Source: Phoronis australis
Taxonomy: Eukaryota > Animalia > Phoronida
Direction of reading: 5' to 3'
Length of the DNA: 58,753 nucleotides
NCBI GenBank assembly: GCA_002633005.1
Contig: NMRA01000203.1
Coordinates: 157,579 to 216,331, forward strand
Positions 1 through 13,629 of the stretch are shown here, piece after piece. The notes under the pieces were generated by a model that was not told the origin of the DNA, did no database searches, and saw only the letters and a list, made by a program, of their open reading frames with translations. Made by a program: the position numbers and the translations under genes. The number at the start of each line of letters is the position of its first letter. Within the stretch, counting starts at the first letter, position 1.

Positions 1-2098
1 CCCCCCCCCGTAGATCCGCCACTGCTGGCAAACGCGCAATTCACAGTGGTGGGCCGGGTTTTTCATGTTTTTCTTTTATTCCACCGGCTTTTTGTTACCA
101 GAACTGAGGTCCACAACGTTAGGAATTCGAGCCCCACCCCCCATATTGAAGGCTGGGTACGCGCATGGCATGGAAAACACGCAGGTATCATTCAGTAGCA
201 CGCACTTACTACTGGTTGATGTAGGCCTAACGGTTAGCTTTACCACAAAGAATTCAAAGAAAATGACGGACCTATGAACGATTTTTAGCCTTATTGTCAT
301 GCCGCAGATGATGGCGTCAGACCTTTCGTTTCTGTAGTAATGTTTATAGCCGCGTGCTTGAAGCACATACGTGTGCAATAAACACACAAAGTAGCCGATT
401 TAACCGTTGTGTTGTTCATACAGTGTGAATACAGGACAGCAACTTGAACAAAAGTCAGCGGACATCGGAAGACGCACTCGCACACTCCTTCAATTCTTGG
501 CTCGGAGATTCACATTTCTGAAGTTGAATATAAAATATTAAAGATAGTAAAAATAAAATAAAACGACCGCGTCGGTACTAATATAAATTGATATTACCCA
601 CGTTTCGAGCGATGCGCTCTTTGTCAAGGGTATGGCTGACGAAATCGCATATACGCTGGGGACTAGTGACGGGCAGGGTGCATCAGTCCGGATGGGTGCA
701 ACATGAACAATAACGGTCATTACAACTAACAGTAGGGTATGCACGACGAGAGGAAGGTCTAAACAGAAACGGGTGCGTAACTACTGGAGTCTATTCATTA
801 CACACTTGTAGTGAGATAGAACCCTATCCCTGTTTGACCTCTAGTAGTCAGCCTGAGTACCGCTACTGACTAAACCCGGCTGGAATGAACTCGGCCTCCA
901 CTGATGTAATGGTACTTCTCCGTCCGTGGGTGGATGTCCGGCAGCCCGCCTTTGACAATCACCACTGTAGGCCCTACATTGCTCGTATATATGGCCCGGT
1001 AGCTTGATGATGATCCCCAGAGTGGGGGCTGACCCGCCGCCCTGATGTTGTGAGCGCAGGATCGTCTACCTGGCCCGGCGTTTCATTCGTCTCGTGGAGT
1101 AACGCCGCGTTATGACAAGTCTCCCCGGCCAAATACCAACATGAGGGATATTTTATTACTTTAAATTTAACACACCTGTGTTGGTATGGGGAGATTTGTA
1201 ACACGTTACGCGGCACGAGGCGGCCACTAGACAGATCGTCATCCGAGCTTCACCCTGCACAATCCATGCGCGCACCCAGCCTTTAATAATGGGGCCGGGC
1301 TCGAATCTCTAACTAGTGGAACTTTTGCAAACAAAAAGCCGAAGGACTAAAAAAAAAAAAACGGCGTACCACCTTCCAGGGCTCAACGCTATGAAAATCG
1401 CCAGGTCATATTTTGCGACCAAGCCAAAATCCTAGGTCGCATTTTTAAAATCCAGCTCGCATTCATAAATTCCAGGTCGCGAAATTTTTCCGCCATTATC
1501 ATTACGGACCAAAATTGGCTTTTTGGTCATCAGAAAATGCCTAGATTATGCTCTTGCAACGTTAAATACTCACAAATTTCATGTCGCAAAATTGAGTTCT
1601 TACAAGCATATCATGCAAGCACCGCGTTACCGTTCTTCACTGACGCCATCCACACCTTGGAGCGCAAGGCAGTTGCCCACAGTGAAAGTTAAATCAGTGC
1701 TCTCTAAGCGATACACGCATTCGATTAGCTAAGTGTGTAACGTGAAAAAGGAGAAAATACTCGTTAAAAAAGTATACGCGACTTTTCTAGGACTGACTTG
1801 CTATATGAATGTCATCAAAGTCGTAAAGATCCAAAGATTGATAACTCTGAGTGCAAATTCCTTCCATTTGTTCACAAGCCAAACTTTTTAACTTGACGTT
1901 TGAAAAAACATCCTGTCGGGAGAAATTCCCAAAACGTTGCCCTATGACGTTTTGATACGCGGAATTCACTGCAAATTTCACAACAAAAAATGTGGGACTT
2001 ACCGGTACGTAGTCAATTAGTTTTCCATGACATAAAAAGCCTCGAAACGATTTCCGACGGTACGGGTTTCTACTATTCTGCCGAAAGCGCGTAGGCAT

Positions 2099-2960
2099 CA
2101 TAGGCGGATTTAGGGGCGTTGACTGCCGCAAAAATAAAACAGAAAGAGCGTTTGGAAATGTTGAGTTTATTAATTAACCCCGGTAATTAAATTATATACG
2201 GCTGAAACAAGATTTAAATGTGTGCAGTTTAAATGTTTGGGGGGTGGGGGCTCTCCCGCGATATCCCAGGCTACCGGCACTGGCGCTGGGCACTACGACT
2301 CCGTTTCCGTCGTCTGCTCCACTGTGCAATGGAGAAAATTAATCCATTTTTTAAAGAAAATGGAATCTGAGTGATGATGAAAAAACAGAAGGTGCTGGTA
2401 AGATGTCAATTTTAACCGAAGCCTTAGTACATCACCCAGAAACTGATAATTCTCTCTTTATCAAACCTTAACTTTTAAGTTAAAAAGTTAAAAGGCGATT
2501 TCCAAAGCAATCGCGTCATTATTGCCAACACAAAAAAACGTATTTGGTCTTTTGGGCAATTGAAGACTATTTCAAATACAACAAATTTGTTACGAGCTGA
2601 TATCACAAAGTATAAAACATGTAATAAGCATTACAAAAAGAAGGAGATTTCGCGCGCAAACGCTGTGGACTATAACCAATTGTCTCTTGGTATATAATTA
2701 CGAGTTAAATTGTGGTGGTGCAGTGGTAAGGCACACTTTCTACGTGTTTTTCTTTGTTTGTTTTTTTTTCTTCCTTTTTGGTCTTTTTTCTTGGATAATA
2801 CTTCGGGAATCAAGGAAAATGCTTGATTTTTAGAGGGAAAAACAGAAAAACCCCTCCTGACCTCCCCCCATTCGTTGCTATGCGCATCTACAATCGTGCT
2901 TTGAGCAAATGTTTACAAAAAAATGTTGCCCCCCCTTGTGTTATCCTAGATCCGCCACTG
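2099..2960. mobile_element. Non-autonomous DNA transposon (MITE family A) with 5-bp TSD
   Basis: Termini CATAGGCGGATTTAG...CTAGATCCGCCACTG are imperfect inverted repeats; flanked by GGCAT at 2094-2098 and 2961-2965; internal part homologous (inverted) to 27208-27713. Further ends at 1-24 and ~48330. Confidence 0.75.
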
Positions 2961-3924
2961 GGCATGCCCGTCGTTTGGCGATTAATTCGGGTGTCATTTT
3001 CGCGTTTGCTGTCTTTCGCGATAAAAAAAAACGAGACGCATTTTTCCAAGTCAAGACGATCGTCTGCCGGGACCGCTTTCCGGCGCTAACAGTAGAACCG
3101 ACCAGTGCCGCAGTGCGATCAGGCATATTGCCGTGGGTGTTGCATTAATTTGATATTAAGGACACCTTACATGAAAAATAAATGTTTTTCCACCACTGCG
3201 CTTGGCAATTTCAGTCGTCGTTTAAGAATTAGTAGAAACGCCGCTGATTTCTGACGTTTTATCACGTGTTATTCCGGAAATTTGCAAAAAGCCGAAAGTA
3301 TTAGTCAATAAAATGCGTCAAAGACCAATTCTGCATTCCCTTGTTCATGCGACATGTTTACAAGTCATCGGGAGAGCTTTTCTGATGAATGAGTGTTCTT
3401 TTGAACTTGATTTGGCAACTACCAAATAACGGTCGGAATCACCCGAGTTGCTCAACATTTCCCAGGTATCTGCCGCGAAGTTCAAAAACTCAGCTCGCAT
3501 ACGTTGGAAATTCTATAGGAAGCCTAATGGATCCTATAGGAAATCCTGATATTTTCTTATGGGATATACGAAATGCGTACATAAAGCGATGGGAAGTATT
3601 CATTTGTAGCCCCTAACTGGCCAACCGAGGGGCTACTTGTTGCCTACATAAATCTAGTCAAAGTCACGTGTTCTTATTTAAAATACACGGCATTATCCCA
3701 CGTAATCTAGTCAAGTCTTTCGTTTTAGCGAGGTCCTAGCATTACAGGCAATGAATGAGATAAATATGAGCTCATTGATTACAAGATCGGATGGAGCGAC
3801 ATCTCATGGGAAGTTGAGAAAACATGCATTCGAAGATTTGATCAATGACCCACTTTTGTTTGGTTGCTAGCTTGCTGCTCGTCCACGTTGTTTCATTCCA
3901 GTTATAAATCGGCAAATCATTAAG

Positions 3925-3948
3925 ATGGTGAAGGAAGTAGCTACTAAG
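3925..3948 (+). CDS. TXN: Thioredoxin, coding exon 1 of 5 (MVKEVATK)
   Basis: ATG GTG AAG GAA GTA GCT ACT AAG followed by GT donor (gtttgt); 24-nt phase-0 first exon as in animal TXN (MVKQIESK); joins in frame to exon 2. Confidence 0.85.
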
Positions 3949-4933
3949 GTTTGTAATACAAAGACTTTGTGAACTACAGTACATGTTGAAAAGAACGTGA
4001 ACCTTTTCATGAATTCATTCGGGGTGCTGAATGGGAATGAACTTAACGGTCCACGATGTCGTCAGGCACCAAAAGCTCTTCCTGAGAAGAGGCAAGGAAG
4101 GAAGGGTCATTTCATCTCCGACCAAACGGAGGCAAACCTTGTTCTTTACTTATTTGACTTCGTTAGGTTTGACTGGTATTTACCCACTGGAGTAGTAGTT
4201 GTAGTCAGCGTGTATACTGACACTTTGCTTGAGTCGAATTCAGCTTGGAATGAAGCTTTATCCAATTTAGGCTAGACGTCATAGAAGCGTGTATGTATTT
4301 AGTCAGGAAATATCATTATGAAACTATTTTCTGAAATCAGAAATCCTTTAAAATTCGATTTTTAATTTTCTTCAATCTACCATTGTGTCGTGTGAGCGTG
4401 TATTGTTGGTAAAATTTGGCAAAAAGAAAGGTATGATAGCAAACTGATGGTTTCTCCGTAAAACCGCTTTTAAGGTAGTAATGTAGTAAAATGATTTCTA
4501 AAGTCTATTTGTATAGATTTGGATTAACATGTAGCATATTTTCATTGCCTCTAAACAAAACTATGCCAGAAATTGTCAAAAATTTTCTGAATCTGTTCAT
4601 AAATTTGTGAGGAAATTTGACAAAAGTAGAATTCAACTTTATCATATCTTCCATATTTTGTGGTAAGTAAGTGATGGGTAGTCTCCTTACATAAGGGCTA
4701 CTGGGTATTAAGTCTCAGTGCTGGGTGAATACTCCACATTCAATAATTAGATCAACCTCAGGTATCTAGGGAATGAGGTTCAGGTTGTTAACACAAGTTG
4801 GAAACGACAGTAGCTTATATTGATTTAGCTCAACGTTTAATGTATTAGCATGTATTCAACCATCACTGCAGTCAATAACTTTTATGGATTTTTTATCTAC
4901 TTGATGCTATACTCAACTGGCCCAAATGCATAA

Positions 4934-6003
4934 TTATGCGCCCACATATTTATATGTGGACGCATTATGCCGTCATCTGCGTCCGTCCGTCCAGGTGGTG
5001 TCCGTCCGGTGTCCACTGCTTTATCTCCAAAACCGATTAAGGTATGTTCATGAAATCTTGCACGTGTGTTCCTTTCATGGATGGGATGGCATGAGCGAAC
5101 TTTCGAACGGATCCAACTACTGGTGTGTCCCCTAGTGCCACTTTTATTTTTTTAGGTTTACCTCTCTCTATCTTCAAAAGTCCTTAACCGATTTTCATAA
5201 AATTTGGTATGTAGGCGCCTATTAGTGAAATGACAGTATCCACTTGTTTTCGGATGGATTCGTCATAGTTTGCACCACCTAGTGGCCATTTTTACTGTTT
5301 TTCGTCCACCCCTTTATCAACCAACCCGCTCAAAGGATGATTGTGAAAATTGGCATGTATGTGCTTACTATAAAGAAGACGGTTGACAATGATTTTCCGA
5401 CGATTTCGACTACTGTGGCGCCTCCTAGCGGCATTTTTTTTTGCGCCTATGGCTGTATCTCCTAAACTGTTTGCAAAATCTTTACTTAATTTAGCAAGTG
5501 TATTTATATGATGTTGACTACGAATGACAACGACTTTCGGACAGATCTGACTACTGCTGTGCCCCCTAGTGGCAATTTTAGTTTTTTACGTTTAACTCTG
5601 TATCTTCAAAGGTCCTCAACAGTTTTTCATAAAATTTTAAATGAAGGCATGTATTGGTGTGATGACGCTATCTTTTTGTTTTTAGATGGAGTCTAGGTAT
5701 TGTGCACCGTCTAGTGGCCATTTTTGCTGTTTTCAAATAGCAACAGACGACGACGGCTTTCAGGCCGATCCAACGGACACTTTGCCCACCAGTGGCAATT
5801 TCATTTTATTCTGTTTTCCTTTATTTTTCTCTAAAATTCCTTGACAGATTTTTATGAAATATGGCATGTTCCTGTTTTCGGATGGATTGTATGTTTTTGC
5901 GCCATCTAGTGGCCATTTTTATGATACAAATAAATAACCCTAAAAGCACGCCATTTGCAATGCATTCGTGGGCGCATTTCAACGCTCCACGTTGCTCTTG
6001 TTT
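4934..6003 (+). mobile_element. Helentron-associated non-autonomous element (HINE/DINE-1-like), near complete
   Basis: 5' hairpin ATGCGCCCACATA-ttta-TATGTGGACGCAT, (GTCC)n microsatellite, degenerate internal repeats (ccacctagtggccattttt), 3' subterminal IR GTGGGCGCAT plus CAACG...CGTTG stem-loop, T-rich end; no TSD. Confidence 0.65.
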
Positions 6004-6485
6004 TTATGTGCTCACATATTTATATATGGAATGTGGATGCATTATGCCGTCATCTCCGTCCGTCTGGCATCCACTGCTCTATCTGCGAAACCCTTTGGCG
6101 TACATTCATGAAATTTTTCACAACTTCCTTTCATGGATGGGACAGCATGAGCGAAGTTTCGGACGGTGTGTCTCTATTGGCAAATTTATTTTTTGTACTT
6201 TTCCTTGTGTATCTTCAAAGGTCCGCAACATATTTGCATAAAATTTGGCATATAGACATCTATCTATTAGTGAGATGATGCTATCTTCCCATTTTCAGAT
6301 GGATTCGACGTAGTTTGCGCCACTTAGTGGTCATTTTTGCTGTTTTCGAGTCTGTTTTTGGCGTCCACCCCTCTATCAACCAAAGCGCTCTAAGGATGAT
6401 TGTGAAAATTGGCATGTATGTTCTTATTTTGAAGAGGTCGGCTAACGATGATATTCCGACAATTTTGACTATTGTGGCGCCTCCT
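6004..6485 (+). mobile_element. Second HINE-like copy, head-to-tail with the first, truncated
   Basis: Repeats the 4934-5430 sequence (tgtggatgcattatgccgtcatctccgtccgtc...gatgattgtgaaaattggcatg). Confidence 0.6.
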
Positions 6486-9400
6486 TGTTGATTACTACAA
6501 TGACAGTGTCACCTACCATTTACTTCGATGTCCCTTAAGTACTGAAGCCAGTATGAATGAGTTAGTTAACTTGGCTGTTTACCTGGATACTCTATTGAGA
6601 CAGAAGTTAAGTCAGCATGAAAAATCCTAAGGAGCTGAAAATTCATGAGGCTCTATAGATCAATTCATTCAAGCTCAGTCTCAATAGGCAACTGGCACAC
6701 CACAATTTGTCGTTGTTGGTCAAGTTTATTGTTATTCCCCTGTAACTGTCTGTATCTGTGTATCATTATTTGTTGTTGAGCCTAGCAAGGTGGCGACTGT
6801 TTTTTCTTCTGAGATACCGAACCATGTCAAGCCGGTTTAAATTCGCCGTTGTTTTTATTCAGAACTTAGTCAAAATATATTGTGATTTCTGATCTTGGAA
6901 AGACAACTGTTGTTGCTTGAGACCAGGCTGTACAAATCTGACTAGCCGTGGCATTGCCAAGTGTGTTCACAAACATTTACGAACTGCAAGACAAAAAAAT
7001 CACTTTCAACTGAATGAGCAACAAATTATACAGTATGTGATCTAAATAGAATTTTATTTCTTTTATGGATCACAGGTTTTTTGCAGCTTTAAATGGTGAC
7101 TGAGTGGTTATAAGAATTGGCAATAAAAACTGAAGTCTATGTCCTCCTTTAGGGTAAAGAACTTAATTAATGGTTAATTTAATTGTGCTGAATAAATGAG
7201 ATGTTGAGATCTGGAGGTTGTCTCTAGTCGCTTTCCCATTAGAAGCAAAACCTCGCTTTTACAGTACTCACCGAAGTTTGAAATAATAGGATTTAAGCTT
7301 AGGTACTTACTGAAGCTTCAGTGTACTGGGAACACTAAAAGGCAAGCTTCATCGAAGTTGTCGGTAAAGGTCGCGGCAACGATATACGATCACGTGAGAC
7401 TCGCAAACCGTATTGATTCTTTGATGTGAAAATAATATACTACTTAAACAGTGCATAAGCTTCTTGTGTATACTGAATAAAACAAATTCTGCGGAGATTC
7501 GGAGTCAGTCACACACTGTTTACATAATGCGATTTTCTCATGACGTCTCACTTCCAGCTTAAAAATTTTATTATTATTAAATTGATTTTGTTGTAAAGTT
7601 TGAAATAAAGAGTTCTATACAGTAAAATAGGCCACGTTGTCTTAAACACCTTAAAAGGTAGAATTTCTGTATGGTAATAGCTGCTTACGAAATTTAAAAT
7701 TAGCGCATATTTGTAAAGAACGACATATTGATCAACACTTTCTGTTTATGCTGTATAAACCATTCTCAAGACAGCAGTTCATATTATTCAGTTAAGTGAT
7801 ACAGGTGGATAACAAACTGTACAGGTACATGTCAAAATGCATTGTGAGGGAGAGACCAGAAATCAAAACTTATAGCTCAAATGATCCAATGTTTCTATTG
7901 AGATAGAGCTTAGCATGATTCAATCATATCATAGCTTTCTTTATGAGGAGGAACCTGAGGGTGGCATTCCTGGGTTATCTAGTGTGACCAGACACAAGTT
8001 GTCAATGAATTGTTAAGAACAGGGCTGTGTGTGTCTTTTCAGTGTTCTTTGACATATATGCACTAATTTTGGAGTTCACACTCATTTTTTGGCCAGAAAC
8101 AGATGTGATCAATACCTGGTTTATAAAGTGACGTTAAATTATCTACTCCCTTAGTAGTATTTGGGAGTTATTGGTATGTCTGTTCATGTGAATGCTGCTC
8201 TCAGGAGTCCTCTGCTGACAGGCAGAGAGCTTGGTTCTGAAGTGATGCAAGATTCACAGTTGTAATGAGGTGATAATTATGGGATAATTTTTTAATCAGG
8301 GCCATTAGGTCCTAACAGCTCAGTTCATCTAATGGGCTTACAATAGTATTAGTTACAAACCAGGTCAGCTGGTTAGGGGAATTATCTCTGAGAGAAATGG
8401 TTATATAACCTGTTCACACCAATTGGATTACACCTTTTAAGCCAGTTTAAAGGTTCTGGGTGGGTCAGAACACTTCAAAGAGGCATGGAAGATGAAACCT
8501 CGTCAAAATAATCTTTTAAACAGTTTCTGACCATAGTCCATCTTACAAAAACTAGTACAGAGTAATTCACTTTACACTGATAGGAAATTTCCAGAAAAAA
8601 CCACTAAATTCACAATTTTTAAATGCGCGCAGAGGGAAAGCTGTGGTTAGAACGTTTCATCAAAACCATACAGTTGCCACCTATTCATACAACAACAGTT
8701 TTCACGCCACCAAATTTCTATGCCTTTGTAATATAATATTGACCCGGAATTTCCGAAACTGTGATTGGAAGTTTTATGGAAATCTGGAAAAGCTGCCAAA
8801 AATTAATCAAAAACATAATTTATTCAATGCAGATGCACTAAATATAAAAGCCTCCCAAAAGACACAACAACCTGGAATTAACAGAGAACCCATCAATACT
8901 TTTAGGTCATCCTAAAGGCACAGAGTCAGAAATTCACATTATTAAAATCAGATTTTCATGGATCATTTTACTGTCAAAATTGGCCTTTAATTTTTTATTT
9001 TTGGCAGAGTAACACAATCAAGGCAACAAATGTGCTGATAACCGCATGCAGGCATGCATTCTCAACCTAGGAAATCCGAAATCTATAGCATTTTAAATGT
9101 TTATATAAAGGTAATCCTGTGTTTTACCAGACACAGAAGGGTTGTGAAGGTGTGATAACATCTAGCACCTTTATTAACTGCCTAGCTCACTCTTTTGTCA
9201 GGTATGACAACAGACAGGCCAATTATCTACAGGCTTATTACTGACCAGGTGTGAACAGGGTCAAACCCAGTACATTGGTATGTACCTACAGAATAAATTG
9301 TCTTCACTTCGGTTGTAGTTGGGCGATTTTGGTGAATCAAAAACTAAACATGATCAGCATTTGACAAGGAATTAGAAATGTTGGTTCATGTTCAAACATT

Positions 9401-9618
9401 TTATAACTTGAGTTCTAGTTTTAACAGCACAGCCTCATCAGGCTTTAAGATAGAATGTTATCAGAGATTAGATCAATTATCAAACAAAAGAGAGGTGACC
9501 CTCCAACCATGAATGCCAGAATGGACTGAATCAGTTCTGTAAGATATTGGCTACACTGGTCATCTACCCCAACTTCATTCAAACAAGTTGGACTCAATGG
9601 GAGAATAGTGCATTGAAG

Positions 9619-10036
9619 TTCAAGGTAAATAAACTACATGGTTAATGGACTCATAAACACCGCCCACGGACGCATGAACACGACTCACGGACCTGCAAAC
9701 ACCATCCACTGACTCACAAACACCAGAACGGACTCACAAAACACGATCCACGCACCCAAATACGCGGGACACGGACTCATATTCACGAGGAAACACAGTT
9801 AACGGACCGTCAAACACGGACTCATCGGCTTCCTGGGTCAGCTGACATCTTCATTTTGTCCGTAAACCGTGTTTGGCGGTCCGTTAACCGTGTTTCCTCG
9901 TGACAGAGTCCGTGTATTTGGGTGCGTGGATCGTGTTTTGTGAGTCCGTTCCCGTGTTTGTGAGTCGGTGGACTGTGTTTGCAGGTCCGTGCCTGTGTTT
10001 GTGAGTCCGTTGACCGTGTAGTTTAGGTACCTTGAA
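9619..10036. mobile_element. Fold-back (long palindromic) MITE in thioredoxin intron 1
   Basis: ~200-bp inverted arms (ttcaaggtaaataaactac...gtagtttaggtaccttgaa) with internal GGACTCACAAACAC subrepeats mirrored as GTGTTTGTGAGTCC. Confidence 0.8.
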
Positions 10037-10204
10037 GTTAGGGCATAAGTCCCCAGTCACTCCTTTCAGGGTGAATGCCCAAAGTATTGTGTGAGTCCTT
10101 CTTCCATCATGGTAAGAATAACATACAGAGACCCCAGAAATCTTATACTTGGTGGATTAGTAGCCATTCCAACTAAGAAAACATTTCCCTTGAGGATGTC
10201 AAAA

Positions 10205-10445
10205 GGACAAACAATTCTGGCAGCTTGCTTTTGAAGTTTTTCAATTTTGTCTTAAAACGTAGATGTGAGGCTAGACCAAGCGATACTGCAGTACCTAAGA
10301 TGACGTACAATATGTGAAGTGTAAAATTTAACCTTCCTTCCATACGTAAAAATTTTTAATTCTACGTAGTAAACCCAAGTGTTTTCTAACTTTGGACAAA
10401 GTGTAAGATATGTGGTTAGACCACTTTAAACCATTATCAATTTTG
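10205..10445 (-). mobile_element. CR1-group LINE ORF2 fragment
   Basis: Minus strand reads DNGLKWSNHI...LGLLRRIK / LRYCSIAW / IEKLQKQAARIV with frameshifts, typical post-RT region. Confidence 0.65.
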
Positions 10446-11778
10446 ACCCTTTTCTAATTTTTCACTTTCAAGCTCTTCAGGTTGTTTACCACTAAGTGAC
10501 ATAACTGGGACATCTCTGTAGCATGACAAAGATGGACCTTATAGGCAGAGAGCTTCACTGGAAAAAGGCTTTTGTGATCAACAAGGTCAATGTTCATTAG
10601 TGGTGTTGGTACTCTACTGGCATTGTGAAAACTGTTCTCTTGTCCGCTCAGCCTCATCATAGTTCATACGTCTTCTTGCTGGCATTGTTAAGCATATCAT
10701 TGATGATCATCTTACGATTGCTGTTCATGAGCTCCACCGGGACAGTGCGCAAAGCCACAGCTTGTTTTTTGACGCTGACTCCGTAGTCTTTATTGTTGTT
10801 GTTTGTGTATGCTCTTGTCTGGAACCCTGCTCCCCTTCAGTGCCAGAAGTAGGTTGACTAGAATGACTCTGTCCATTTTGTGTTGTCACATGACTGCCGT
10901 TTCTGTTGTTTGACGAGCCTTTTCTGTGTAGCAGTCTGTTGTGATTCTGTATGCTGCCATTGACGCCATATTGTCTGCTACAGGTGCACTCGTTTCCTCG
11001 ATGGTTCCATCTCGCATCGAAAACATGCACCGAAACGTTTTTGCTTCATCCCATCGCTGAGTGATGCGCATTACCTTGTACCTTGAAATCATCGCAAAAT
11101 TACGGGGGTGGTTATCTTTCTTGCAAACCTTTCATGACCCCTTGCAAAACTAAAACAGTTCAAGAAAGGGCAATCAATGTTTTCACTATTCCAAAAATAT
11201 GCAGTAGATTTAGGGAGCTTAGTTGAGTCCCTATTTGGGACTGTTTCATGCAACCAGGCAAAGAACGACGGAATACTTTAATGTGTTTTTAAACTAATGT
11301 AGGATGTTATCAAGAAGTTGCCAAATGTCTACAAACTGAATTTTAGTACAGTAAAATCTGTATTTTCTGAAAGTTGAAAGACATATTCTTAGTCATATTT
11401 AGCAAAAAGGTGGGCACATTGTTCGCATAACAACTGTATCAATAACATGACCAAATTTTCAATAAATGTTTAGGATGAAAGCTCAAAAAGGCAGAACACA
11501 GTTTTCTAAATCATCATTTCATTTTTATGCAACTGAGAATCATAATAAAAGTCTGCTATACAAAAGTACATTTTAATACAACTCCTAACAACATTTTTGA
11601 GAATAGTGCATAAAGTGTGTCTGATTGTTTTATATGAAATTGATCACCCATTTCTGAAATATCTGTGATGTTCTGAAGTTGTCTAAATTTTGACATTTTC
11701 TATAGTCCTGTGTTACCTTAAACTCCACGCATGTATTTGTAAGTTGAATGACTGTTAATTTTTTATTTGTTTTTGTAG

Positions 11779-11877
11779 GAGGAATTCCAGGAGGCGCTGA
11801 GTGCAAATTCCCTTGTTATTGTCGACTTCACTGCCACGTGGTGTCCACCATGCCGAATGATTGGACCCAAATTTGCT
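11779..11877 (+). CDS. TXN: Thioredoxin, coding exon 2 ([33 protein letters not shown])
   Basis: ttttgtag acceptor, gtaggt donor; [13 protein letters not shown] active-site motif; 99 nt, phase 0/0. Confidence 0.95.
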
Positions 11878-12046
11878 GTAGGTTGACTGTGCTGGGTAGT
11901 TTTATTCATTTTGAATGGGAGGCTTTCAGGAAGAAATGGGGGTTGACCACGTGGAGCCAGTGACTCCTATTATTACCAAGTTGCACCTGGAGTAACTTTG
12001 TCTTCCTAAACGGGTGACATAGGGGAATAGTGTGACTTTGTGAAAA

Positions 12047-12268
12047 GACCCTTTTACAATGTGTGTGATTAGATGTAATATGTTTTAAAAGACCCTTTTA
12101 CAATGTATGCGATTAGATGTAATATGTTTTAAACAACCCTTTTACAATGTGTGTGATTAGATGTAATATGTTTTAAACAACCCTTTTACAATGTGTGTGA
12201 TTAGATGTAATATGTTTTAAACAACCCTTTTACAATGTGTGTGATTAGATGTAATATGTTTTAAACAA
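12047..12268. repeat. Minisatellite, ~44-45 bp x5
   Basis: Unit acccttttacaatgtgtgtgattagatgtaatatgttttaaaca(a). Confidence 0.9.
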
Positions 12269-13629
12269 AAGATATAAAATGTCTTCCTCATCTAGAGTAT
12301 CTGGTTTTACATGGTCATTCGCCACTTTGCTATATGGAAGTCTATTGAATGATTGTATAGAGAAAATGCTCTAGGGCTTCATTGCATCAAGCTTTAAAAG
12401 TCGTCTGCTGGAAAAACTGATTGTTGTGCCATATTAAATGCACTGTCAACAACGTAATGGGACCATAATAATAGGACACCATTTGGGCTACCCTGCCTGT
12501 AACTTCTATGCACCTGGTCCTGGAAGTTCAGTTCTGTATTCTTACAGGAGTAAGATTTTGGTTGTGTCTGGGTGTCGTTCTTCTAGAGGTAGCAACTAAG
12601 CACAGGCGTCTCTCTTAATTTTCTAGCTGCAGCTGTACATTGGTCTGACAAAAAAACACTAGCTTAGAAATGATACAAGATGTTATGGAATTTGTGGAGA
12701 AAAATTTATTTTAAGAGTATTTCAAGCAGGCAGTGTAAACAGGTATTATCTATCCAAAATCAACTGTCAGCTGACCGAGCTGGTGATTGCCTACTTGACA
12801 CTTTATGGATTCTGGATTGGAGTTCCCGGTACTCATTTGCCACAAATGTGTACTCTGGACTGCCCAAGAATCAATTTTGCTTCGGTAAGATTTCACTGAT
12901 TTCGGAAACCCTTGCCAATTCAGACAAGAAAAAATATTGTTGTTCGTCACATTCGGACATGTGCAGAAAGTTGTCATCCTTAGTATCGCTACTTTCAGAC
13001 AAGCCGAATTTGCCGATTACAACTGTTTTCAAAATCCTCGGAAACAGAAGTTTTACTGGAGAATTTTCATGGGCGCCTTCTTAACTATCTGTTAAACGGC
13101 AATAGGGGGATCATGACCGTGCCTCATTTTTTTGCTAAACGTTGCATTTCTGATTAAAAAAGCAAAATGAAATAAAGTCTGTTACTGTCGTATAGTCGAT
13201 ATGGTAACATTTTTCATCATGATAGGATTCTACGTCCATCACTAACAAGAATATCAAAGTCATGAGCATTCGAAAATGTCATATGTATGCATTGTTGCAT
13301 GTACGCATTACCTGTGACTTGAGTTGGTAGTGGAAATAGAATCCAATCATGGTTAGGAATATCAGGGCTGACCACTGACAAAAAAGAGGAGAAATGTCCT
13401 GCTCATGTATTGTTCCATAAATTAATAAGCTGGTGTGAAAGAAATTTTTTTGTGTTGTAAAATGAATGAGTGTTTTTGCATGAATAAAGTCGAAATAATG
13501 ATAAAAAGATGGTAAAAGAGAAAACTGGAATCAAATAAGAGGAAATCTTATTAAAGGAGGTAAATTGCAAGCCCTGTATTATGAGACTGATTTTATGAGA
13601 CTAATGAAGGCTTAATCTGATTTTCATTT

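Noticed and set aside
841-1231. TAG-ended (Academ-like) MITE or structured RNA
   Set aside because: Terminal match weak (ctagtagtcagcc vs ctagtggccgcc), single copy in window, no convincing TSD.
10454-11092. Cluster of minus-strand ORFs
   Set aside because: No recognisable domain; likely repeat-derived sequence beside a LINE fragment.
11748-11963. Track ORF over thioredoxin exon 2
   Set aside because: Wrong frame; true exon is 11779-11877.
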